Positions 49,892 to 63,992 are shown, counted from the stretch's first letter. The stretch is DNA of 64,000 nucleotides from Octopus sinensis (GCF_006345805.1 NC_043013.1:57226001-57290000), one strand, 5' to 3'. Notes: a model not told the origin generated them from the letters alone. Program-made: numbers and translations.

Positions 49892-50449
49892 TTATGTCAG
49901 CATCAAGATGCACAGAAACTTTTAGATGACTGCCCACACGGAGCCCATAGCGATAATGACTGTTTCTTTAAAATATTCCGTTATAAGGAGTGACGTCAAA
50001 AATGGTTGAATGTAGAAGATTCTAGAAGGTTCAAGGGTTCAAACAAGGTTGGAAGAGAGAGACCTAAGAATAGGAAGGTGAAAGGGTGCAGGTCATATGA
50101 ATGGTGATTTTGTTGCTTTTTTCATTTGTGAATGAGTGCCTATGTGTGTGTATGTATATAACTGCATTAATGGCTATGTGTGTGTATGTGTGTGCGTGAT
50201 TGTGTGTGTGGATGGGTAGATGCCAAAAACAGAGAGTGGTGAAGTGACAGGTTTGTGTCTGTGTGTTTGGTTGTGCTTACGATAGAGAGAGGGAAAGAGA
50301 GAGAGAGGAGGGCGAGTTAGAGAGACAAAGGTAAAACATACCTCAATGGATTGGGTAGTAGTCCTTTAAGAGTATAAAAATTGACTATGGGGGTGATATA
50401 TAAATGGGACTATATTATTAAAATTCAAGGAGGTTATCTATATTAATCA

Positions 50450-51430
50450 TTATTCATATGAGTGAAAGGTGTGTTTTTGCCAGTGCATGCATCTATAGGA
50501 TTTCTCGACCATTGTATTTATTAAAGGGACTTTGGCGAACAATATATGGAAAAATTCGGAATTACAGACGCCACAAAATTTTCTGCCTTTATCAAACGGA
50601 AAGGATACAGACAATATGGACCATTCCAGCTTGAAAGTTGTATTGCTGTTCTTAAGACGCCAAACTATTTTACTTAGTCCTGTGCTGTGTTGTTTTCTCT
50701 TATCTCGGAAAGTTGAATAATGATTGGAGATCCTGTGGGCTAATTTAGAAGTAGCTGCCCCAATGTAGAAGAAGACATCGGTACCGGAAGAAATTTTGCA
50801 CTGGTAAATGGAATTTCTAATTTCGGAATTGCTGGATAAGAACTTTAATCTGTTAGGGTTTACCTCCGAGACTAAGACGAAGTTTTTATTGTTATGATTG
50901 GTGTTAATATTATTGCTAGCATTGACCACAATACTATTCATATTATTATCATTACTATTAATTGTAATATCGTCGGCAATTTCTCTGACTATAGGAATGC
51001 TGTGATTGTTATCATCAATAATACAACTGTTATTAGAAATGCTGTCGTTATTACCACTACCACTACCACTGTTAATAATCCAACTAATATTATTATTAAT
51101 ATTACTATTGTTAATGCCAACGCTGCTATTATGTTGCTATTATCAATACTATTTCTATTATCATTATTATTGTATGTTTGGCTGGAATTGGTAAGGGAAG
51201 TGTCGCTACTCCCGGGTGATGAGTCCTTATTTAGCAGCTTGTTATTATGGGAGGCAATGATCTGCGATAGATTTCTAGTGTTGGAGAATGCAATCCTTAC
51301 CTTATGCGAATTGATAGTAGAGTAATACCTAGAATTCCTGGGCAAGTTTCTAGCCACGGCTTCACGGAACTGTAAAGGGAGGTTAGACCTGATTTGTTTC
51401 CCGAAAGGAATGACAAACCAGATATAGTTT
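50450..51430 (-). pseudogene. Penelope-like ORF C-terminus with GIY-YIG endonuclease
   Basis: YIWFVIPF...VRIAFSNTRNLSQIIASHNNKLL; Asn-rich repeat with frameshift; SIYQCKI...FYIGAATSKLAHRISNH...LSKIVWRLK...WSIL...CGVCNSE. Confidence 0.85.
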
Positions 51431-51630
51431 TTTTAACTTAAAATAGTTCAGAGTGTTACCATTTACATTAAAGGGAGTATTTCTGTGTTGGTTTCCGATT
51501 GCCTCCCCTGGTCCGTAAATTATTTTTGTTAAGTATAGTGGTGTCGACGTTGTTAGAGCTGAAATCATTATTTATATTATTTCTATTGTTATTAAATATA
51601 TATATATATATATATACGTAGATACATACA

Positions 51631-51736
51631 CGTATGTCAGTGTGTGCATGTATATCTATCGCAAATTGAGTATATATATATATATATATATATACATACG
51701 TACACGTATGTCAGTGTGTGCATGTATATCTATGTG

Positions 51737-51775
<39 letters not shown>

Positions 51776-51842
51776 TTATATATATATATATATATATGTA
51801 CGTATGTCAGTGTGTGCATGTATATATGCATGTATATCTATG
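51631..51842. repeat. Three copies of CGTATGTCAGTGTGTGCATGTATAT separated by TA/TG tracts
   Basis: Units at about 51631, 51705 and 51801. Confidence 0.85.
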
Positions 51843-51989
51843 TGCATATATATAAGCTAAACATGCATATTTCGATTTTGTATTTGCTATGCAAGACACT
51901 TGATGTAAGTTTGATTGCAGCCAGAAAAATCAAGCTCTTAACTTTGTCCGATCAACCATTTGCCCTTTGTGTCGTCTTCTTCTACCGAA

Positions 51990-53633
51990 CACAGCTCCAG
52001 TGACCCTAGAAGAAGTAAAACGAAATGTGGAAAAGGACAAATTCATAACAGAAACGAAAAGAATACTGTGGACAGGATTAATAAATAGGAACAGGATTGG
52101 TGTGAAACAAAACTAAGACATGGACCTATACTCAATTTGCGATACTCTCTCTCTCTTTTACTCTTTTACTTGTTTCAGTCAGTTGACTGCGGCCATGCTA
52201 GAGCACCGCCTTTAGTCGAGCAAATCGACCCCGGGACTTATTCTTTGTAAGCCCAGTACTTATTCTATCGGTCTCTTTTGCCGAACCGCTAAGTAACGGG
52301 GACATAAACACACCAGCATCGGTAGTCAAGCAATGCTAGGGGGACAAACACAGACACACACACACACACACTCACATATATATATACATATATATACGAC
52401 GGGCTTCTTTCAGTTTCCGTCTACCAAATTCACTCACAAGGCTTTGGTCGTCCCGAGGCTATAGTAGACTGAACCCGGAACCATGTGGTTGGTAGGCAAG
52501 CTACTTACCACACAGCCACTCCTGCGCCTATAGTGTACTGACGTATGCACAGAGAGTAATAATAGCTGAAACACAGCAAAAGAAAATGCTGAGGGAATTC
52601 CATGCTGGACATTCTGGTATCTCGAGGTTGAAAGGCTGCAAAATTACTGGCAATAAAAAGTGAAGCTTGGCCAAAAGTAGATGTTCCATGGTGGAGACTA
52701 CACATTAATTTCGCTGGTCCCTTAAATGGTTCATACTACTTAGTAATAGTAGATAGATTCTCTAAATAGCCAGAAATTTCTAAGTGTACAATGCCAACTT
52801 CCTCAACTAAGACAAACTTTCTACATGAGATTTAGTGTCCCAGACACCTATAGTGTCTGATAATGGAATGCATTATGTGTCTTTTCAGTTTAAAAAGTTT
52901 TGTAAAACATTCGCTATAGAACATATAACTACAGCATGATATCATCTCAGACAAGCAGAATGCTTTGTCGATACGTTTAAGAGAGCCCTAAGAAAGAAGA
53001 ATAAGGAAGTCATGAATGAGGTAGCACTACAACAACTCCTAAGAGTATACCGAATGACACCAAATCCAAAGAGACCAGCAGGTATGTCAGCAGCAGAGCT
53101 GATGTTTGTGAAGGAAAATAAAATCAATTGCTGCTACCTGGTAGGAAAAGAAGAAATTACAATGGATAATAGAGCAAGGTATTTCAAAGTTGGTGAAAAT
53201 GTATTTGTTAAGGCATTTAGGAATGGAAAACAAAGATGCGAAGATGGCATGATTACCAAATGCATAGGGAAAACGCTATACTTGGTAAAAGGAAGAAAAT
53301 GGGTATTCAAGAGATACATGAATCAACTAAAAAGAAAGATTTGTTGAGAGTGAACCCAAGAAAGTGGAAGAACCAAAGAAATGGTTAGATAATACCTTTC
53401 AAGTACGAACACCACTACAAATAATTGAACGCAGACACACAAGCGAAAGGAAGAGAAAATATATGGAGTTCTTGGATGTGGATGCCAAATGAAAAACATT
53501 AAATTTGTAACAGTATCAAAAACGAAAAAAATCCTTAAAAAAGGGAGGTGGGGTGATGTAAAAATTGTTAATAAAAAGAAATAAAATGACACTCCCTGAG
53601 AAAAAAATTAAAAGACAGACAGACAGAAACAGA

Positions 53634-53684
<51 letters not shown>

Positions 53685-53771
53685 AGTGATTGATAACCAG
53701 TTAGGAAGAAGTCATTAACAAGTCAACTGGTATTGTTTGTTATGAAAATAAAAAAATGATGTGTCATCACA
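51990..53771 (+). mobile_element. Ty3/Gypsy LTR retrotransposon 3' remnant (integrase, PPT, probable 3' LTR)
   Basis: LYSICD[SINE]SVLTYAQRVII...LREFHAGHSGISR; WPKVDVPWWRLHINFAGPLNG; IVSDNG; FVDTFKRAL; YRMTPNP; PPT AAAAAAGGGAGGTGGGG 53537-53; TGATG...CATCA ends about 53554-53769. Confidence 0.82.
52146..52529 (-). mobile_element. SINE family 1 inserted in the Gypsy pol
   Basis: Family match with a small deletion; its removal restores ...TGC GAT AGT GTA CTG. Confidence 0.9.
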
Positions 53772-54174
53772 GGAAGTTATTCAGTGGTCTATATCCTGTA
53801 TTTATCCTTTGATGTGGATTTATATCAAGTAATATTGAAAAGCTGTCACACACCTATACATCTGTTTAATATGAGAAACAATCATATATATGTGTGTGTG
53901 TGTATGTTTATGTGTGTGTGTGTGTGTGTGTGTACATATGTATGTGTAGTTGCTGCTCTGTCCTCTGTCCAATAACTTTTGTCTAATAATCAAACTTAAA
54001 CAATCTGGCTTTATTTTATGTATCTGTGTTTGACAGCAAAATTTGCTGTAGATAATATATATATATATGCACCTACTTAGCACCTACATACATACATACA
54101 TGCCTTTATACATACATACACACAGAGGCATATATATATATATATATTATATATATATATATACATAGGTATAT

Positions 54175-54208
<34 letters not shown>

Positions 54209-54211
54209 CAT

Positions 54212-54245
<34 letters not shown>

Positions 54246-54293
54246 TTTATTCAAAAGCAGCAGAAATTTAACAAAAGCTGTTACTCGGAGTTT
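54246..54293 (-). mobile_element. 48-bp pLTR relic of the 29.3-kb family (3' half of the hammerhead only)
   Basis: AAACTCCGAGTAACAG...CTGCTGCTTTTGAATAAAG, embedded in (TA)n. Confidence 0.8.
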
Positions 54294-54974
54294 ATATATA
54301 TGTTTGTATGTGCATATGTGTGCATATATTTATATATACATATATACAAACATACATACACACACACACACCTATATATATATATAGATAGATAGATAGA
54401 TGGATAGATATGTTTCTTTATTAGCCACACAGGGCTGCATACAGACGGGACAGATTACAAAGTAGAGCTTTTCTTTTTGGGGGAGAGAAAAGAAAAAAAA
54501 TGGTGGGTTAGGTTTTCGATCAAAAGGGATCGTAAAAGGGAAGGAAGAAAAAAAAGGGGGGAAGAAAACGATCAATAGGGATCATGTATCACAGTGTCAT
54601 GGTGTAAAGTGTGAAGGGGGAAGCAGATAAGGTTCATCCATGGGAAGAAAAGCCTATGGAAAAGTCCATGGTAACCTCGGTCAATGATGTTATATGTTAC
54701 CACATTTGTTTGCAAGTAGGTAACTCTCTGTTTTCAATTTTCCGGGTTCATAGGATTATGCTCAAGGTGGCTTCGTGCCATCTGTGCTACATTCAGCCAT
54801 CTTTTTTTAAAACATTCGCTAGACAAAACTTGCCTCTCTACTCCAACTCTCCTTTTCAAGTGATACTTGAAGAAGTTGATGAGAGATTGACCAGTGAGGA
54901 AAGGGTTTGTCTCCAATCCTTTCAGACGCATCCACCAGATACATTCTTTTGCCATAGCCACAAGAATGATGAAA

Positions 54975-55077
<103 letters not shown>

Positions 55078-55736
55078 TTTACATCTCCACATGTTTGTAT
55101 AATACTTTTTCATTAATACACCACACTGGAAATATGGAAATTACTTTAGATAGAAAAATCGATCAATACATATTCATTAATGAAGAAAGTTAGTAAATTC
55201 CATTGACAATACAGTTTATTAATCACACCTTCTGCTATTAGTACATGTTTTTTAACACCTTCCAAAGCGAAAAAATGGTTGCCGATTCCCCATCAGAGGA
55301 ATATGTAAAATAAACCATTTATTGGGTGTCAGCAGGAGTTGGTAATAAATATCTCAGACAAAAGAGAATTGAATCTTTGTACTCATTGACTAATTTTGGT
55401 TGTTTATTTTCTGGAATATAGAATAGAGATAAAATGGAAAACTGTCTTGGTAAAACTGAAATTATAATCAAGGGCATAATCATAAATTCAGTTTTGTGGT
55501 CATTAAATATTGTATTTCTCTTAAAGTTTTCATGGCAGTTAATCTTTCTTCTTATTTTTGTTGGATCAATATTGTTATATAATATCAATGCATAACATAA
55601 ATCCAAATTGTTTCACTTCAGTCGTTTCATGAAGGCCTTTTTACAGGCAACAGTGTTAATACTTGCTATTGTAAATAAAAGTTACATTGGCTTATATACA
55701 GACATCTATAAAATATTATGTGTGTGTGTGTGTGTG

Positions 55737-56010
55737 CATCATCATCATTGTCATCATCATCATGATGTAATTTCCATTTTCCAATTTTCAATGCTGGTAT
55801 GGGTTGGATAGTTTGATAGGCTGACCAGGCAGAAGACTGCACCAGGCTTCACTAACCATTTTTACGGCTGGATACCCTTCCTAACACCAACCACCTTACA
55901 GAGGGGACTGAGTGCTTTTCACATGGCACCAGCACAGGGGGAGGCCTGTTTTGGAATGGTTTTTACTACTGGATGCACTTCCAAACACCAACCACTTTAT
56001 AGTGTGAATG
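55737..56010 (-). mobile_element. RTE-tailed repeat with (TGA)n tail and internal duplication
   Basis: (CAT)n, ATGCTGGTATGGGTTGG, and two CTGGATR-C-CTTCC-AACACCAACCAC blocks. Confidence 0.6.
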
Positions 56011-56689
56011 GAATGCATCAGCACTGGTATGGTTACCAAGCAACCTGCAAAACAAAGATCCTTAGAGAGGTGGAGGCCCAGGAGGTTTTGGAGGAGGTTG
56101 CTTTGTGCCAGGTGATGAGGGGTTAGATTGTGACAGAGGGATATAAACAGGTGTCTTGCTGTAGAGGAGAGACATTATTACCCAGTTCAGAGGGAGAGAG
56201 CAAGAGAGAGGGTAGAGGGAGAGGGAGAGAGAGAGAAAGAGAGTGATCAAGAATGAGAAAGAGAGAGAGAAGAAGAGAACAAGAGGGTGAGAGTGCAAGA
56301 GAGAGCAAGAGAAAAGTGGTGGTACAGGGATCAAAATATAAATGGGATGGTAGTGTATTGCCAAGGGTGCATGAGTAGGGAGTAGGGAATTGTCATGAAT
56401 GCAAAAAGTATGGGGGTGGGGTGGGGGTGGGGTGGGGGAATGCACTTACTCATGAAACGTAGGCATATAGGGGGAAGTGAAGGACAAGAAGATAGCAGTA
56501 ATACAGGGAGCAGGACAGCAAGGACAGGATTGAGGCAGGAGAGATAGGCATAAACTTAGGGTATTGAAAAGAAGAAATGTGAGGAAGAGAAGAGAAGAGG
56601 AGATGTAGTTTGGTTTGTTGGGGTTGGGTGTGGGAAATCTTTTATTTTTTATTGGTACATGTGGGGGCAAGACACAGCACACCCAGAAC

Positions 56690-56835
56690 TGAGGTGCATG
56701 GGGCTTCTCAAGAGCCACGTATCACCAGCCATCTCAGGTCATTGTCATCTTCTCCATGAGTCCCAACACCCTAAAACCGGTCCTCACTACTTCATCCTAT
56801 GTCTTCCTGGCTCTCCCTCTTCTACAAGTGCCATC
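56690..56835 (-). mobile_element. RTE LINE C-terminal fragment
   Basis: RRGRARKT*DEVVRTGFRVLGL...W*YVALEK. Confidence 0.65.
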
Positions 56836-56939
56836 CACTTTCAGCAATTGGCATTTCTTTATATGGTTGTCTACATTCATGCCTTGAAGCTGAACCACAA
56901 GACCCTCTCTTTCTCTCTTTCTCTCTTTCTCTGTCTCTG

Positions 56940-56975
<36 letters not shown>

Positions 56976-59621
56976 ATCTATGTATCTATCTCTTATACTT
57001 AACAGCCTGAAACACACCCTGACTAAGTTTGATTTATCTTCTTTTGTTCATGGAACCCTGAGACAGGGGAACAGATGGGGAGAAAGAAAGAAAGGCAGAG
57101 AAGAAGTAGATTGGAACTACTGTATAACAGACTGAGGTTTTATTCCTTTCTATATCTTGTGCATTGTTGGTAACTTGTATAAAGTAAGCATTGAGAGAGA
57201 AAGACAGAGAGAGAGAGTGTGTGTATTTATAATGAAGTATCTATATGTAAATTTATTCAGAAAAATATATTAATTCTTCAAAATTGGTATTTTGTATGCT
57301 ACAACGTTTTCCAGTTGTCTTCATCAGGAATTGAACTTTTATCAACTCAATAACTTTATCTCATACACTTACTAATAACATTAACTACTCTTAGAGGAAT
57401 GAATATATTAAGAAAGACAAGAATATCACGACTGAAAGTGGCACTTTAAATAGTAAAATCAGCATGAGAATCTGACCTTTTGTGATAAATATATTTATAC
57501 ATTTTCCCAAATATCATTTATGAACCGAATAGAAACAACCTCTGTAAAGCCTTTTACTCTACAATATAATTTGCTTCCAATATCAGAGACTTTTGCAGAC
57601 TTTTATCTTACATTGTTTCATTTTATTTTACCTTCATTTTGCTTTCTTGATTTTTGTGGGTGTTTTTTGGGGTTTTTTTTTACTTTTGCAACTCCTTTAA
57701 AATGGAGTATATTTCCTGTGAACATATTAAAACCAACCCAAACACATTCCTCTTCCATCACACCTCACAACTAAGAAAGTTTGATTGCATCAGCAAATAC
57801 TGTCTTATATAACATCCCTGTAAAAGATAAATACTATGATCTTCTCTGGAAAAGAAAGTGCTGTGTCTCTGGAGAACAATATTCTTTTTATTGCTCACCT
57901 CACTGCTGTTTTGATTGCCAATACAAGTACTGAGGACAGATACGTTCAATAGAATCACTTGGATATAAGAAGCTGGAATAAATATACAAATCTTGACAGG
58001 TATCACTGCCTGCTCTACAGATATTATATGATGTGGATTCTGAAGAAGAAATTCACAATGACAAATATGGTAAAAAAAGAAACATTACAAAAAAAAATCT
58101 AAAAGGAACCATTTCAACCATTTTATGCTTCTATAAGCTGAAGTTGAAATAAATATGGAATTTTCATAAGAAAATCACATCTTTAAAAGATAAATGTTTA
58201 TGGATGTCTTCTGAGTTCTTTTACTGAACACCATTTAAATGGTCGCTAAATAAGTTAGAAGTGACTGCCAAATTCCTTCTAAACACATTCGACCACTTAT
58301 TTTTTAAAAATGCAAAGGATATTGTATGTGAAATGTTGAAATGGTCATGGTTGGAATACTTTAGATTATAAGGTCTCCTCAATCCAGGCTAACCTACCTC
58401 CATCCACCTACATCCTCCATGGTAGATCATTGTATTTCTTCCGGCCTTTTTCTTCTGCTGCTGTGGATGTGTTGCTATGAACAGATGTTATTTTGTTTTA
58501 GTATGTATCCAATATGTTTAGAATTGTTATTGAAGAATTAGCAAGAATGGCTGTGACCAAACGGGAAGCCCTGTTGCATAATCACCAAAATTTAGGAGTT
58601 GAATAAGTTAGTGTGTTGCAAAGATTAAAAAACACTGGCATTTCAGAGTTGATGCTCATGGTTGAGGGAAAAAAATTGTTTTTAGAATATTTGACCTTGT
58701 TCGAAAAATATGTTCTCAGTTTGAACAGGAACCAGGTTGTAACTGTGTAAACAAGTCATAAATAAACTATAATTCCTGATCAATTGACTATTTTATTTAA
58801 CAAATCAAAGCCTTAATGCCATGGACAATCACATAAGAATATTCTTATGTACAGCTGAGCTTTTGCAGAAAACCTAGGATAAGTTTAATCCTTTAATTTT
58901 CATCCAGTTCAAGTATTCTACTGGTTTTATGTTCAGACTGACCAGATCCAGCCTCTCACACCTACCCTACAATGTCTTTCTAAAAATAAATAACCACATC
59001 ATGGAAATCTCAAAGCTACGCTTGACTGAGTAATCTGAATTCTAAAGAGTTAAAATAATGAAACCACCATTTCTAAACTTTAAACAACATCAAGTTATTC
59101 TCTTTGTACACACAACAATAAAAAGAGATTGTACTGACATGTTTCAGACTTCATTGATGTAAACTTTTTAACCACACCTAAGAATATTTAGTTTTTAATG
59201 CAAGAATATCACCAGTTCCTCTGGAAACATTTTGATTATTTGCCAAAATGGTTCCTTGTTTGTCTGATGTGAAAATCTATAGAATAAATTCTAATTTATT
59301 TAATCATCATTGAATATCTCTGTTTGTCCTTGTGAATCCAGAAACACTAAAGCATTTTAGAATTTGATTCTCATATAACATGGAATTTATTTCAAATGCA
59401 ATTGTAATATTTAATTTCAGAAAGTTATAAAAGAAATATAGAAAAATGACAAAAGAAATATTATTTTACCATTTTTGTATTATGTTATTCCCATCGAAAT
59501 AATTTGTTTTGAAGAAAAAAGAAATTGTTTTGTTTTTTCTTTTTTAAGATTTAATATCAAAATTTTGCACATGATTTATTCATATTAAGATGGAATGAAA
59601 AACCAAACAAATAAGTGACAA

Positions 59622-59664
59622 TAATAACAACAACAACAACAATAACAACAACAACAACAACAAC

Positions 59665-59715
<51 letters not shown>
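59622..59715. repeat. (AAC)n grading into (AAT)n
   Basis: Visible. Confidence 0.95.
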
Positions 59716-59717
<2 letters not shown>

Positions 59718-60229
59718 TTAACAATGAAAATAAAAATGAATGAATAATGAAATAAACAAGTAAACTACTTTAACAGTCTTGTCTAGATATATCAGAAATA
59801 TAAATCATGTTTAAATTCTAGAATGAAGACTAGTAGCACCTTGTAAGCAGTTCACCTTTTAATGATTTGTAAAATGTGAAAAATGCCAAAATATAGTAAA
59901 AGCAAAAAATAAATGGTGAAAAAAAAAAAGAGAAGTAGACAGCAAAAACGATATAGATATTAAGTGATACATGAAGGAGAAGTTATACAATTAGAATAAA
60001 GATTGAATGAATAATGAATGATTGATAATATCATTTTGGAAATGTAAAGAGAATTTTTCAGTTTTCTGATTTAAAATTTCGTGTTTACCTGGTGTGTCAA
60101 ATTTATGATCTTCTGTGATCTTTATCCATTTTAGTAGCCTGGAAAGTTTACAGGAATACATGAGTATACTTACATACATTCATACATACATACATACATA
60201 CATACATAAATACATACAAGCATATAAAT

Positions 60230-60290
<61 letters not shown>

Positions 60291-60322
60291 AATTAACATA
60301 TATCTATCTATCTATCTATCTA

Positions 60323-60368
<46 letters not shown>

Positions 60369-60680
60369 TATATATGTATATATGTATTTAAGTTTGTGTG
60401 TGTGTGTGTGTGTGTGTATGTGAGTGTGTCTGTGTACATGTGTGTAAATCTGAAGATGGCTTGAAACAAATGTGGCAATTTTGTATTTGAAATTATACTT
60501 CAATTATTCCTTTTGATATGTTGGGAAGAGAACTAATAAAAAAAATTTAAATAAAAGAAAAAGAACGTCTCTCTTTCTATTTACCTCTACATACTTACAA
60601 ACATAAAGACACACTCACATGCACACACACTCACATACAGTATTTGTCTATATATATATATATATATATATAATTATATG

Positions 60681-60712
<32 letters not shown>

Positions 60713-61261
60713 TAATTATATATATGTATATATATATATATAGACATATATCCACACACGAGCATATATGTAATGTTGGTATGTTTGTGTATCTATGCAT
60801 GTGTGTGTGTGTATTTGTGCATCTATGTATGAATGTATGGATGTGTATGGATGCATATATATATATATCTACACACACATGCACATATATAAATTCTTTA
60901 TAGTGTCAATTTAAATATAATTTCATAAATGTCTTTCATGTTGGTGTTGTTGCTATACATATGGATTCCCTTCTTATTCTTCTTCATTTCATGTTCATTA
61001 TTAATCAATAACGAATTTATTGGTAATAATTGCCATTACCATTTCAATATATGTAGATTTATTTCACATATCCACGATTGATTTATTTTACTTTCTCCAA
61101 AATAATTTGCATGATTTCAATGGAAGGGTTTTAAATAATGCCACAATCTTTGTGTAATAAAGCTTATTATAATCTCCCATGCACTCCCCCTCACTCCATC
61201 CAGCGTCCTTCTGGCAATAACAGAAAAGCTCATCCTCCTCCTCATCATCATCATCATTATC

Positions 61262-61262
<1 letters not shown>

Positions 61263-61317
<55 letters not shown>

Positions 61318-61375
61318 TAAAAATGATAATAATGAAAATAAGAAGAAGAACAATAATAATAATAATGATAATAAT

Positions 61376-61445
<70 letters not shown>
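61263..61445. repeat. Imperfect (AAT)n tract
   Basis: Visible. Confidence 0.95.
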
Positions 61446-62086
61446 TAGGTCTCTGGGTGAGTCAAACATATAATAAAAATATTAATAATATTTCATACAT
61501 AATAGTTATTAAATGAGTGTAAAAAAGCTTTAAGGAAGCCAGTGTAGCCTGATAGATAAGATAATTATGTCTATTGTGAGTGAGAAAAAGATTTAATCTT
61601 AATAAGCTGTTGGCATATTAACTATGTGGTCTTCTGCTAAGGAGGAGTAACTGAAATGTTCAAATATATTGGGCGATAGTTAATGCTAATACAGCCTAGC
61701 AGAATTTTATGTAATATTCTTGTATAATCTATTTGAGAGATGTAAATATGGAAAGATATATGATTTGCATTTCGATGTGATGTATGTGCTGTAGCGGAGG
61801 GGGAATAATGAACGTTCTGCTTCTAAATCAAAATCAAGAAACCTTAAACTGTGGCAAAAGCATTAAAGTCTGCCCTTTAACATGCAATTACTCAATTTAC
61901 CTTAACTGTAAATGGGTAACATTCTTGTTATTATTTACTGGCTAGGTCTTAGCAGGTGAGAAGCATTCCGTGTGTGTAAAAGACCTTCACAAAATATCCA
62001 ACATCTTTAAATATTCTTCAGAATAGATCATATTTGACAGATGACTTAATCAGAGTTTGTACTGATGTTAAAAGGGAATGAAATAA

Positions 62087-62275
62087 GGCAGAATCGTTAG
62101 CATGCCAGGCGAAATGCTTAGCAGTATTTCGTCTGCCGCTACATTCTGAGTTCAAATTCCGCTGAGGTCAACTTTGCCTTTCATCCTTTCGAGGTCAATA
62201 AATAAAGTACCAGTTACGCACTGGGGTCGATGTAATTGACTTAATCCATTTGTCTGTCCTTGTCTGTCCCCTTGT
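62087..62275 (+). mobile_element. SINE family 2
   Basis: GGCAGAATCGTTAGC...TTCTGAGTTCAAATTCCGCTGAGGTC...CACTGGGGTCGAT. Confidence 0.88.
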
Positions 62276-63038
62276 GGATAATAAAAAAAAAGTGAATGTA
62301 ACAGATTTGGAATGGTTTCAAAGGATTAACAGGCTTACCCAAATTAAATGTCTCATCCTCACCAGTCCCTTGTTTTCTTCTGCTATTTGGTATGTTAACA
62401 CTCACCAACACACTTTAACTTCTCTCACAAAGCATGCTCTCTCTCCTCTCTCTCTCCCCTTTTTTTTAACACTTCTCTTTGGCATCTCTTCCTTGAAGTA
62501 GGCTGCATTCATACTTCCTCTATTCCATTTGTCTCTTCACTTCTCCTAATGCATCTACATGCTATCCCAGCCAATCCTTTTTCCTCCAAAACATCATCTC
62601 TCCAGAATTTCCTCCCTGCATATGTCATTCCTGCAGGTGTTTATTTAAAACAGATTAAATGAAGCATTAATGGCATCAGAGATCTACAAATACCGTGGGC
62701 TCTGCCCCTTCCTTAAAACTCAGCAACTGAAAAAACAAAAACAAGGACAACTGATAAACTAAGCAAATACGTTCGCATTTCCTAATGGCCATCCTGAAGG
62801 TCTGTGCTTCCACTTGTCATTAATCTCTCAACTATCACAAAACTCTTCATGCTTTCAGTTAATCTCTCTTCTGTCACAGTTGAGCAGAGTTTGTATAGAA
62901 CAGGGCAAACTTCTGTTACTTTTCCACCACTTCTCTCTCCACTGAGCCGTGACCTTCTCTCACCTTCCAATTACTTATTACGGGGGGGTCCATTAATAGC
63001 ATTTTCTTACCCTCACCTATTTTTGTTCCTATCCATCA

Positions 63039-63076
<38 letters not shown>

Positions 63077-63953
63077 TAATTTCCTCCTTTCATTGATTCT
63101 GTTCATCCCTTGCCTATCACTCTCTCCCTCCATCTTGCCACTCAGGAAATTTTATGTTGAATACTCTCACCACAACTAACATATAACTGTTGTGTCTGGG
63201 GAGAGTCATATTCTTTTTTTTGTGCTTTATAATATAACACACTCACAGGTAAAATTTCCACTTTTTTCCTTTTTTTATTTTCCTAAAATTTTCGTTGCAT
63301 CTTGCAATATTTTCAATAGTTTTGAAAGGCACAAAAAAAAGAAAAGAAAAGAAAATGACTCTCCCCAGACACAACAGTATATACTTGAACACATGAACTC
63401 GTATAAAGAATCTTGCAAACCAAATCCAAAAACGAAATCCATACATTTAACTGTTTCTCTTTTCTCACTCTGCCTCTTATTCAATGTCTCTTATGTTACC
63501 ATCGATCAACTAAGGAAACATACGGTTGCTGCAATGAGACAACCTCTTTCGTGCTGGTGATAGGATAAAATATATCCATAAACTCTGTAAGCTGCTTGTT
63601 GTTAAGTGGTCTGGGGACCTAGCTATAGAAAACATGGATGAGAGATTTGACCCCCAAAGTCCGTTCGGAAAAGACAGTAAATCCAAATAAGAACTGATTC
63701 AGATCATAAGGTGTTATCCAATCCATGACAATAGGGAAACACGTAGACTTGTAATGAAGAGGAGGTGGTTGAACACGTTTACCTGCACCAATGGAAATAC
63801 ATTCAATCTGTTTTATGTAGAAACTAATGTAAAATTTGTGATTTCAGCATCAAATAAATAGAATTATCTCATTAGACAATATATACAATTACATAGTTAT
63901 TGATATATACATTCATATAATTATATATAATCATATGCATATTTTGTTGTGGC

Positions 63954-63992
<39 letters not shown>

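Larger units (their letters stand above)
49752..51590 (-). mobile_element. 5'-truncated Penelope-like element (linker, GIY-YIG, pLTR with hammerhead)
   Basis: Coding remnant followed by a pLTR of about 690 bp; (TA)n at both ends (49698-749, 51596-616). Confidence 0.88.

Noticed and set aside
29485-51842. Short repeat arrays as possible CRISPR (29485, 40076, 51631)
   Set aside because: No unique equal-length spacers, no cas genes, eukaryotic context.
57300-57332. CTGATGA-AGACAACTG-GAAAACGT on the minus strand
   Set aside because: Helix II and helix I do not pair; at best an unrecognisable relic.
58502-58606. Candidate terminal exon YVSNMFRIVIEELARMAVTKREALLHNHQNLGVE*
   Set aside because: Only an acceptor-like site and a short open frame; unrecognised.
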